Shown here: positions 56,334 through 64,000 of the stretch, one piece after another | Numbering within the stretch: the stretch's first letter is position 1 | Layout: every line of letters begins with the position of its first letter | Virus record (IMG/VR): IMGVR_UViG_3300009159_000038 | Coordinates: 62,001-126,000 of that record | Reading direction: 5' to 3' (one strand) | Length of the DNA: 64,000 nt | Origin: an uncultured virus (IMG/VR IMGVR_UViG_3300009159_000038) | Lineage: Duplodnaviria > Heunggongvirae > Uroviricota > Caudoviricetes | Position numbers and translations under genes: made by a program | Notes under the pieces: generated by a model | Told to the model about the DNA's origin: nothing | Databases searched by the model: none | What the model saw: only the letters and a program-made list of their open reading frames with translations

Positions 56334-56663
56334 ATGAAAAAATCAATTATGATGGTATTATTAGTAAGTAGCTTACTAAGTTTTACAAAAGTAAACGCAC
56401 AATCTTTCAACAAAGAAACAAACTATAAATTGCAATTCAGTCCAACCATGATTGGAGCAATTGCTGGTGGAGGTTTTATCGTGGCAGGAATATTACAGAA
56501 ACCTGATCGTAAATGGGTGATAGATCAAAACAGTTATAATGCAACCGCTTATGGACAACCAGGTTATTGGCGAAATGAGCACATTTGGGAATCGCCGGGA
56601 CGTATGGCTGCAATAATTTCTGGAGTAGCAATAATGGGTTTATCTATAACATTTAGTTTTTAA
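56334..56663 (+). CDS. Exported/membrane protein
   Basis: Signal peptide MKKSIMMVLLVSSLLSFTKVNA-Q; two hydrophobic segments. Confidence 0.65.
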   Translation: MKKSIMMVLLVSSLLSFTKVNAQSFNKETNYKLQFSPTMIGAIAGGGFIVAGILQKPDRKWVIDQNSYNATAYGQPGYWRNEHIWESPGRMAAIISGVAIMGLSITFSF

Positions 56664-56673
56664 ACTTACAAAA

Positions 56674-57000
56674 ATGAAACTATTATCAACATTTATCCTA
56701 TTAACCAGTATTTGCGTATCATGTAATTCTGACTATCCATATATCATTAAAGAAACCAGAACAACCGATACAATACAATATCCGGTTGTTGAGTATACTA
56801 ACAATATATCTTTTAAAGAAGATACTGCATTTTATGGGATTATAAAGGATTGTCAATTTAATTGTTATGTTATGGATATTTATAAGGAAAATGATTCGGT
56901 TACTGCATATGTAACAGAATGTGGTCTTTATTTTTATTCGGATATCCCATATAGCATAGGAGATTCACTTTTTAAGTTTTCGTCACCTAAACATAATTAA
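56674..57000 (+). CDS. Putative lipoprotein
   Basis: MKLLSTFILLTSICVS-C lipobox-like signal. Confidence 0.55.
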   Translation: MKLLSTFILLTSICVSCNSDYPYIIKETRTTDTIQYPVVEYTNNISFKEDTAFYGIIKDCQFNCYVMDIYKENDSVTAYVTECGLYFYSDIPYSIGDSLFKFSSPKHN

Positions 57001-57016
57001 TCCATTATCTTTAAAT

Positions 57017-57072
57017 TGTTAATAACTTTTTGTCAATAAATTTTTTTATTCCACAAAGATTTATTATATTTG
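57017..57072 (+). promoter_or_regulatory. Early-type promoter copy 4
   Basis: TGTTAATAA...TTTTTTATTCC-N12-TATATTTG. Confidence 0.75.
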
Positions 57073-57099
57073 TATATACAATTTAAACTATTTAAAATT

Positions 57100-57441
57100 A
57101 TGTACAAACACGAAGAAAACCAATTAGATCCAAGAGATAAAGCTTTAGTTACTTACTCTCCCACTACAAAAAGATTTATTGTAGAAGCATCCTCTCTTAA
57201 AGGTTCTGGAATCGAACCACAATATCATCCAGGTGTTCTTGGATCTTATTATTATTTATGGTTATGGTCAGAAAAACTACAAACGAGTATTCTTTACAAA
57301 GAAAAAAATGTAGTAAAATCATCTGATGGTGAAATTATTGCAAATGTTTTTATTCCGGATTTTACTATGATTACTACGGATAAAGAACTAAAAGCTAGAT
57401 CATTATCAAAAGAAACGGAATTACACATCTTAAACGATTAA
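57100..57441 (+). CDS. Hypothetical early protein
   Basis: ATG at 57100, downstream of promoter copy 4. Confidence 0.6.
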   Translation: MYKHEENQLDPRDKALVTYSPTTKRFIVEASSLKGSGIEPQYHPGVLGSYYYLWLWSEKLQTSILYKEKNVVKSSDGEIIANVFIPDFTMITTDKELKARSLSKETELHILND

Positions 57442-57451
57442 TAATCTACAT

Positions 57452-57643
57452 ATGCAAAAACAAGTAATATACCTGCAAATAAGCAAATATCGTCGTTTGT
57501 ATAACGATAATGTTCGAAAATCTCTAGAAAGAATTGGAATCAAATATTCAGAAGTATCTACAAAATTCGGTTATCGATTAATGGTCAACGAATCAGATTT
57601 TTCGGCTGCATCTAGAGCAATATTAAGCATTCCACTTAGATAA
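57452..57643 (+). CDS. Small hypothetical protein
   Basis: Clean 63-aa ORF. Confidence 0.5.
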   Translation: MQKQVIYLQISKYRRLYNDNVRKSLERIGIKYSEVSTKFGYRLMVNESDFSAASRAILSIPLR

Positions 57644-57677
57644 AAACATCATATAAAAATAATAAAACATTTATAAA

Positions 57678-58949
57678 ATGGTTGGTAAATACACTCTTAT
57701 ATTCGATGCAAATTTCTGGTTACACAAAACCTATTTCATCGGTCAAAAAATTAAACAAGGAAAACCTTTTAATTTCTTTGACGAACCCGAAGCCGATAAG
57801 AATTTGCTTCTTTGGAAACTTTCAGTAGACTTCGCTGCCGAAGTAAAACGTTTCGACGGAATCGTTAATCGTGTGGTTTACTGCATCGATTCATCTTCAT
57901 GGCGTAAGGAATTCTTTCCACAAGCCGAATACAAAGGAACTCGTAAAAAATCTAGCGAAATCAATTGGAATGCAATCTATCAAGTACATGATGAATTTGC
58001 TAAAGCTCTTGAATCTCTTGGTGTTACAATTTCTCGAGTACCTGGTGCTGAAGCCGACGATTTAATTTTCGCATGGTCAGCATTCCTTAATCAAAATGGT
58101 CAAAATGCCCTTATTATCTCTGGTGATAATGATTTACTTCAATTAACTAATCATGATACATCTGCTGGTACAAACACTATTTACTACAACAAATTCGATA
58201 AAGATATTCACGTCTTCCGAGGATTCGAAAAATGGTTAAATGAAGATGCTACTCAATCTGCACCAACGGATATTTTCAATCTTCCAGTAGATCTAATGTC
58301 TAATGTAAAACTGAATCTTCGAGATATCGTTCGTACTAATAAAATGAAAATCGATGAAGTAAATACTCTTGAATTCGTTTTCAAAAAAGTACTTATTGGT
58401 GATGCCGGCGATAATGTTTCGCCATTAGATACCAAGATTAAAGAAACTAAAAAAGGACCTATTACTTATCGAGTTACCGATAATCATGCTCGTCAAGTTC
58501 TAGATGAATTCAAAAGCGATAAAGTATTTGTTAATCAATCTCACTTTTTTCAAGATGAATTCATCGAGGAAATCTGTACAATTGCTAAAAGAATAATCAA
58601 AATCGATAAACCTATCGAAGATATTATTACCAAATGGAAACAAAACCGAGATCTAGTATTCTTACATAAGCGTTGTATCCCGGAAAGAGTAAACGGTCTT
58701 ATGTTCGAAAATATCGAAACTAAATGGAACAAATCACTTTCAGGTGCTTCAGTTCATGGTATTCAAGATAAAGATGCTATTCTTCGAGGAACTACATATT
58801 CAAAAGAAAAAACAGATTCATTTAACGAATCAGGAGTTTTCAAAGCAATGAAAATTGAAGATATTATAAAAGGAAATCATGAAGTAACGGTAACTAAAAC
58901 TCCGGCTGAAGGATTCAATGATGATTTTTGGTCAAATCTAACTAAATAA
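57678..58949 (+). CDS. rnh: 5'-3' exonuclease / T4 RNase H-like flap nuclease
   Basis: LIFDAN, D..SWRK.....YKGTR, EADDLI, ISGD.DL.QL, GD.GDNV. Confidence 0.9.
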   Translation: MVGKYTLIFDANFWLHKTYFIGQKIKQGKPFNFFDEPEADKNLLLWKLSVDFAAEVKRFDGIVNRVVYCIDSSSWRKEFFPQAEYKGTRKKSSEINWNAIYQVHDEFAKALESLGVTISRVPGAEADDLIFAWSAFLNQNGQNALIISGDNDLLQLTNHDTSAGTNTIYYNKFDKDIHVFRGFEKWLNEDATQSAPTDIFNLPVDLMSNVKLNLRDIVRTNKMKIDEVNTLEFVFKKVLIGDAGDNVSPLDTKIKETKKGPITYRVTDNHARQVLDEFKSDKVFVNQSHFFQDEFIEEICTIAKRIIKIDKPIEDIITKWKQNRDLVFLHKRCIPERVNGLMFENIETKWNKSLSGASVHGIQDKDAILRGTTYSKEKTDSFNESGVFKAMKIEDIIKGNHEVTVTKTPAEGFNDDFWSNLTK

Positions 58950-58950
58950 T

Positions 58951-59220
58951 ATGAAACCTAAATTAAAAGAATTTACTACATTATTCGTAATACAAGTTAT
59001 CTCATATTCTCTATTATGTATAAACTTTAGAGCCGTTGCTCAAGCGCATTACATGCAATCAGCAATTACTGACTTTGTAATTGCGACTCTTTCGTTTTTT
59101 GTAATTCGTAAAATTGCTAAAAGTGAAGATACCTTTCATGGATGGGCAGGTTATGCTTTTGGAGGAGTAGTCGGTTCTTTCCTAGGAATATGGCTTTCTA
59201 AAATACTATTAGGATCATAA
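58951..59220 (+). CDS. Small three-helix membrane protein
   Basis: Hydrophobic; ends GYAFGGVVGSFLGIWL. Confidence 0.65.
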   Translation: MKPKLKEFTTLFVIQVISYSLLCINFRAVAQAHYMQSAITDFVIATLSFFVIRKIAKSEDTFHGWAGYAFGGVVGSFLGIWLSKILLGS

Positions 59221-59234
59221 AATAAAAAAAATAT

Positions 59235-59465
59235 ATGGCAGAAACAAATTTTCATTCAACTCGTAGAGGATCTAAATTCTACGATTTCGATATTCCTAAA
59301 TTAACTGAGCAATTAGAAAGAATTGCAAATGCATTAGAAGGAAAAAATAAAATCGAAGAAAAACGATTAATTCTAGAACAGAAAAAATTACTTAAAGAAA
59401 CCAAAGATGCCAGAGTTACCGGAAGTAGCGAGGACAGCAACGAGTCTACACCAGAGAATGTATAA
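59235..59465 (+). CDS. Small hypothetical protein
   Basis: FH.T.RG.KFYD..IP.L...LERIA.ALE. Confidence 0.6.
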   Translation: MAETNFHSTRRGSKFYDFDIPKLTEQLERIANALEGKNKIEEKRLILEQKKLLKETKDARVTGSSEDSNESTPENV

Positions 59466-60225
59466 TTCGGAAATTTCCGAAATTAACATTTTATCAGGTC
59501 GATATTCTCGACACGGAAAACCTCCAGGTTTCGATGAATTTACCAATAACCTTCCTATGAAGGTAGACAAAGTTTCCTTTTCCGGGAAACTTTTGATTTT
59601 TTATTTAAAAGATAAAAATGACAAACCTTGGTTTATTTGGAATACATTAGGAATGTCTGGTGGATGGCGATTAGAACCATCTAAACATGGTCATGTTGAA
59701 GTAGTAACTGAAGATGGTAGATTTTATTTCACGGATCCTCGAAACTTTGGAACTATGCGTTTCACTGATTCTGAAGAACTTACTCGAAGAAAATCAAATG
59801 GAATTGGACCAAATCATCTTCAACATGAAATTACCGACGAATTATTTAAGACTCGTTTGATGAAATTTCCACATTTGACACTCCCGGCAGTTATGATGAA
59901 TCAAAGTCTAATTGGTGGTATTGGAAATTATATTAAAGCAGAAGCTCTTTATCGAGCTCAACTTTCTCCTCATCGAATTGTTGAATCTTTAAATGACCGA
60001 GATTTTTCTCGTCTTAATGCTGCAGTTAAAGAAGTTATTGTTGGATCATATGAAAATCGAGGTGCAACAATAAGAACATATGCTAATCTAGACGGAGAAT
60101 CAGGAGATTTTCCATTCTTCTTTAAAGTCTATGGAAGAAACATTTGCGAAGCCGGCTATGAGGTAATTACCGAAGGAACTCAAGATGGTAGAACAACACA
60201 TTGGGTACCACAAATACAAATCTAA
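59407..60225 (+). CDS. mutM: Fpg/Nei family DNA glycosylase/AP lyase
   Basis: N-terminal PELPEV, GK, LGMSG.W, F.DPR.FG, H2TH NQ..IGGIGNY...E.LY, R.T.W.P..Q. Confidence 0.92.
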   Translation: MPELPEVARTATSLHQRMYNSEISEINILSGRYSRHGKPPGFDEFTNNLPMKVDKVSFSGKLLIFYLKDKNDKPWFIWNTLGMSGGWRLEPSKHGHVEVVTEDGRFYFTDPRNFGTMRFTDSEELTRRKSNGIGPNHLQHEITDELFKTRLMKFPHLTLPAVMMNQSLIGGIGNYIKAEALYRAQLSPHRIVESLNDRDFSRLNAAVKEVIVGSYENRGATIRTYANLDGESGDFPFFFKVYGRNICEAGYEVITEGTQDGRTTHWVPQIQI

Positions 60226-60238
60226 TCATATAATTATT

Positions 60239-60652
60239 ATGGAACTATTCGATCTTGTCAGAATTATGTTTTCTGATCAAAAGAAATATGCAAAGCTATC
60301 TTATCATGAAAAGTCTAAAAACTTCTTTATGATTCAAAGATTCATGTCTATTAAATACCCAACAACTGCTCAATCACTTAATCGTGTAGGTGCTAATCCC
60401 GGTGCCATCATTGATCTATGGCAATTAGTTGCTTCTCGTTTTAGTAAAGTTCCAGGATGGATATATACTAAGACGAAAAAAGTATCTACTACAACAGAAA
60501 AACGTTGGAAACCTGATCCAGAAATTGCAACTATTTGGATGCAAAGAAATTCAGTAGGTCCAAGAGAACTAGATGAATGTATCAAATACCGTCCAGAGGA
60601 AATGAAAAAACTTTTCAAATCCCTAGAAAAACAGATTGGAATGTATGAATGA
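60239..60652 (+). CDS. Probable clamp loader small subunit (gp62-like)
   Basis: LFD....FMI.RFMS......LN...W pattern and size fit; preceded by CATATAA like the other replication genes. Confidence 0.5.
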   Translation: MELFDLVRIMFSDQKKYAKLSYHEKSKNFFMIQRFMSIKYPTTAQSLNRVGANPGAIIDLWQLVASRFSKVPGWIYTKTKKVSTTTEKRWKPDPEIATIWMQRNSVGPRELDECIKYRPEEMKKLFKSLEKQIGMYE

Positions 60653-61298
60653 TTACATATCACCATTAGTACAACCTTTAATTCTCGAAGTATTTCTCTA
60701 TCAAAACAATTATAAAGATCGTTTATTGGTATCTGAGTTACGAAAGAAGACTAATATTATTCAAAATGGCGAAGATGAGAATTCTTTCTTTGTTAAAGCA
60801 GATGATGTTTTTTTCGTGATTAGCTCAAAATTTGCCAAAGATCTAGATACATTCAGAAATTCATCGGATAAAACTATTTTTAAAAATGCCACTTCGATTT
60901 ACTTTCTAGATACAATTCTAGAAAGGTTTCAATCTATAAAGTACTTCAAAATTAATGTATCTCAATCTACCAATTTTACTAGAGAGAAAGAAAACGTCAT
61001 TAATTTTGATTATCGAATAGCTCATTCTCGAGTAGATCTTACTTCTGAATTTGATGGCGTAGATCTATTTCTATTGGAGTGTATTTTGCGAGATATTAAA
61101 ATTTTCGAATATGATATTCTTCAACCGAAGGCTTATACCGAGATAAATGCACACGATCTAATTGATAAACTATCCATCTATCTTACCGGCATAGAAGAGA
61201 GTAGCGAAGAATTCGAAATTATCCAAAGAATTCTTATGATTATTGGTCCAAAACTCGAACAGGACAATTCAATTATACTTCTAATTATTAAGAAGTAG
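60645..61298 (+). CDS. Hypothetical protein
   Basis: Clean ORF overlapping the upstream stop. Confidence 0.6.
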   Translation: MNDYISPLVQPLILEVFLYQNNYKDRLLVSELRKKTNIIQNGEDENSFFVKADDVFFVISSKFAKDLDTFRNSSDKTIFKNATSIYFLDTILERFQSIKYFKINVSQSTNFTREKENVINFDYRIAHSRVDLTSEFDGVDLFLLECILRDIKIFEYDILQPKAYTEINAHDLIDKLSIYLTGIEESSEEFEIIQRILMIIGPKLEQDNSIILLIIKK

Positions 61299-61329
61299 TT
61301 TGAATATATAAAAAAAACATTCCGAAATA

Positions 61330-61731
61330 ATGTCAGGAACTGGTCCAACTATAGATAAACGATTCGAAGAAATCTTACTAGCAATACAAACCATTCAAGC
61401 TAAATTACCAAATGGCGAGCTTGAGAGTATGAAATCGATGATTGCATCTATGCAGAACGATCAAAAAGTAATTAAAGAAGACTTAGAATATTTCAAAAAA
61501 CGTCTGTTTAATCCAGATGATGGAGTTATTGTAAGAATCAACAAAAATACCGACTCTATTGAAAGATTCGGAAAGGAAATTGAGGACATCGTTGATGATT
61601 ATCCTAGAGTACTTTCTAGATTAGAATCTCTTGAATCTTGGAGAGATGGAGTAAATAAAGCACTTTGGATAATATACACATCTATTATAGGTTTAATTCT
61701 TACTGCAGTTTTCGGCATTATTTTAAAATAA
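61330..61731 (+). CDS. Coiled-coil protein with C-terminal transmembrane helix
   Basis: Ends ALWIIYTSIIGLILTAVFGIILK; late motif at 61303. Confidence 0.65.
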   Translation: MSGTGPTIDKRFEEILLAIQTIQAKLPNGELESMKSMIASMQNDQKVIKEDLEYFKKRLFNPDDGVIVRINKNTDSIERFGKEIEDIVDDYPRVLSRLESLESWRDGVNKALWIIYTSIIGLILTAVFGIILK

Positions 61732-61740
61732 CCAAACTTA

Positions 61741-63570
61741 ATGAGATTTGTACTTGATATATCTGCAAACAATAACACTTACAAGGCTAATGATTCTTTG
61801 GTTGTTAAATTTTCAGATTCTTTTAAATTAATTGGATCTATACAATCAATTAACTTTGATTTTGCTCCACTAGATACTGCATCAAATGGACACGATATTT
61901 CTATTCGTTGGTCGTATGACGGTATGGTATGGTCAGCATGGGAAGATTGGATAATCAAAACAGCAGCTGTTGCAAATCAACAAGATCTAATTAGTAAAAT
62001 TATCACCAATCACGATTCATTCTTTTTAGAATTTCGTTTAGTTAGATATGGTACAGATGTAGGAACTAGAACTCTTACATTAGCGGCAATGGAATTCGAG
62101 AGCAAATCTGCTCCTGAACAAATGGTTGAATCGCCATTTGGAAATACATCATGTTATGCACAATGTTCTCCATCACAAAACTTCTATACCGGAGTAAGAA
62201 TTGATTGTGATCCAAGACTTCTATTTCAACCTTACAATTTAATGAATCCGGCAATAAACTTCTATCGAGAAGCTTCGAATGCCGTATCTGAAATGTTTGG
62301 TCATTGTGTTCGTTATTTCAAAACTCAAGCAGATGTTGCTTCAGCTGATGCGGTACTTAAAGAATATTCATTATTCAATGTGACTGATGTTAAAGACATC
62401 AAAATCATGGTTCCGGATAATACATTCCCAGATAATGCTATTGCATTCTTTCCTTATGATATGGATTTTGGAGAAGGTCTAGAGATACACATAGTAAGAG
62501 ATCATTTCGAAAGAGCATTCGGTGTAGATGATTTACCTGAACAAAAAGATTATTTATACTTTCCTCTCATAGATCGTATGTTCGAAGTTCATTCAGCATA
62601 TCTTTATAGAGATTTTATGATGTCTCAAGTTTATTACAAAGTGATGCTATACAAATGGCAAGATAAGCTAAATGTAATGAGAGATATCAAAGAAATCAAT
62701 GATTATGTAGATAATTTAACTGAGAATTTTGATGAAGTTCTACAACCAGAGGTGGATAAAGAATTTTTACAAATAACGAAACCAGATCAATATGTAACTT
62801 CATCCATGAATAATATCGGTGGATATGATAATGTTAGATCTCTTATTAATACAGATATTCAAATAAAGACTTATGATCTAAACAATTACTTTACAATAGT
62901 AGGTAAGTATTTTTACGAATTGAATACCGGAATAAAACAAAATGATTTAGCGGTGAAATATAAATTGTTAGTAAATAGATCACAAAGTGAACATACTGCA
63001 TTTTCTGCATGGTTCAAACCTTTAAAGTCTAATTGGACAACGCAAACAAATACATACGATACAATAATCAATGGATATAATACTGCAGAATCCAAAGGTT
63101 ATCGAATCAATCTTCTTTATAGTAATGTAAATAATACAGTTGTTACTAGTGGAATAGAAGTTAAAATAAATGGACAAACTTTACAATTCAATCAAGATTT
63201 TCCTCAATTAAATAGAGACGAATGGTATGCAATCGTATTTAATCAGCTAAACGATTTTTCACAGGCATCAATTCATATTTGGAAAATGAAATGGACAGGG
63301 GCACCAAACACACAAAAGACAACCGATCTTCAATTAGTATACACTCAAAACGTTTCAATTATTGCAGAAGAAGTCAAACCAACTGCAACTAATTTTACTT
63401 TAGTCGGTGGAACTTTAGGAATAACAAATGTAAGAATTTGGAAAGAATCTATTGAAGAAGAAAAACAACCATTGGTTCTTAATCAATATGTAGTAAGAGA
63501 TTCTCATTTATCTTTAGCTACAGACAATGCTATACCACCTTTACGATTAGTTAAAGAATATGTTAGATAA
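61741..63570 (+). CDS. Neck protein (gp14-like domain) with N-terminal extension and C-terminal LamG-like domain
   Basis: MFGH.V.Y...D.VL.E...F...LP...D.LYFPL..RMFEV; C-terminal FSAWFKP...WY.IV...VRIW. Confidence 0.6.
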   Translation: MRFVLDISANNNTYKANDSLVVKFSDSFKLIGSIQSINFDFAPLDTASNGHDISIRWSYDGMVWSAWEDWIIKTAAVANQQDLISKIITNHDSFFLEFRLVRYGTDVGTRTLTLAAMEFESKSAPEQMVESPFGNTSCYAQCSPSQNFYTGVRIDCDPRLLFQPYNLMNPAINFYREASNAVSEMFGHCVRYFKTQADVASADAVLKEYSLFNVTDVKDIKIMVPDNTFPDNAIAFFPYDMDFGEGLEIHIVRDHFERAFGVDDLPEQKDYLYFPLIDRMFEVHSAYLYRDFMMSQVYYKVMLYKWQDKLNVMRDIKEINDYVDNLTENFDEVLQPEVDKEFLQITKPDQYVTSSMNNIGGYDNVRSLINTDIQIKTYDLNNYFTIVGKYFYELNTGIKQNDLAVKYKLLVNRSQSEHTAFSAWFKPLKSNWTTQTNTYDTIINGYNTAESKGYRINLLYSNVNNTVVTSGIEVKINGQTLQFNQDFPQLNRDEWYAIVFNQLNDFSQASIHIWKMKWTGAPNTQKTTDLQLVYTQNVSIIAEEVKPTATNFTLVGGTLGITNVRIWKESIEEEKQPLVLNQYVVRDSHLSLATDNAIPPLRLVKEYVR

Positions 63571-63572
63571 TG

Positions 63573-63690
63573 GGAGAATGAAGGAGATTAACCTAACTAG
63601 TAACTACTAGTACTGCCTGAAGAACTATATTATTTCCTCGATCACCTTAGATAAAGGTTATATGTTATTTTGAAGTAGTCAGATTCAGTA
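63573..63690. repeat. Copy 2 of the non-coding 92/118-bp dispersed repeat
   Basis: Matches 4142-4259; same orientation. Confidence 0.95.
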
Positions 63691-63772
63691 CCATCGTTGA
63701 TTCATTTACACATTTCCTGCAAATAATAATAAAACCTAAGAGATGCTAATTTATGCATCCAATAAATAAATT

Positions 63773-64000
63773 ATGGAAGATAAAAACGATTCAGTAAGAA
63801 AATCTATAGATGATTTATTAGCAGAAGATCAACAATCAAATTCTTTGTCTACTACATCAGGTGGAGGTTTACCTGCATTTCAAGTAACAGATCCTTTAGA
63901 TTATGATGGAGAAAAAGATATAGCACAGAATAAGGCCAAGAAATTAATGAATTCTCTTTTGAAATTCTACCTATCACAGGAGATAATTCAAAAGAATGAA
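63773..64000 (+). CDS. Hypothetical protein, 3'-truncated by the window edge
   Basis: ATG at 63773, open to the end (MEDKNDSVRKSIDDLLAE...); late-type AATAAATA at 63761. Confidence 0.65.
   Translation, partial: MEDKNDSVRKSIDDLLAEDQQSNSLSTTSGGGLPAFQVTDPLDYDGEKDIAQNKAKKLMNSLLKFYLSQEIIQKNE

Noticed and set aside
452..63095. Minus-strand and alternate-frame ORFs in the track (e.g. 2203..2676, 45040..45483, 16350..16775, 44256..44555)
   Set aside because: They overlap well-supported + strand genes, lack motifs and look like shadow frames.
1..64000. Stop-codon reassignment, as seen in some large Bacteroidota phages
   Set aside because: Core genes are full length in code 11, and TAG and TGA end genes at sensible positions (e.g. 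nrdA TAG, glycosyltransferase TGA).
1..64000. CRISPR array, diversity-generating retroelement, integrase or transposase
   Set aside because: No repeat-spacer array, reverse transcriptase, adenine-specific repeat pair or recombinase motifs seen. The gp4 TnsA-like and RuvC-like genes fit normal T4-like roles.

Overview
64 kb segment of a large, AT-rich, T4-like (myovirus-type) bacteriophage genome. Essentially all credible genes are on the + strand and read in standard code 11. It carries T4-type replication/recombination genes: gp32, gp61, UvsY, UvsW, UvsX, gp41, gp46/47, gp44/45/62, RNase H, a RuvC-like resolvase and a family-B polymerase split into two genes 4 kb apart. It also carries nucleotide metabolism genes (dUTPase, nrdA/B), the late sigma gp55, and head/neck genes (gp4, gp2, gp20, gp21-gp22 fusion, gp23, gp14, gp15). 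Four copies of an extended promoter ending in TATATTTG/A (the Bacteroidota TAnnTTTG -7 box) point to a Bacteroidota host. Highlights: (1) an RNA quality-control locus of two mutually homologous, covarying Y-RNA-like stem-loops directly upstream of a Ro60/TROVE gene, followed by smpB and a CCA-adding enzyme and preceded by a minimal ligase; (2) about 16 proteins with a T4-like capsid-targeting leader (M-x-x-F-x-E-F-x-N-E), including a kinase-like protein and a RimK-RimB-like fusion, i.e. a probable injected effector payload; (3) a candidate -1 frameshift at an A9 run; (4) a 92-bp near-identical non-coding element at both ends of the window carrying an antisense promoter motif. All product calls come from motif recognition by eye, not from database searches.
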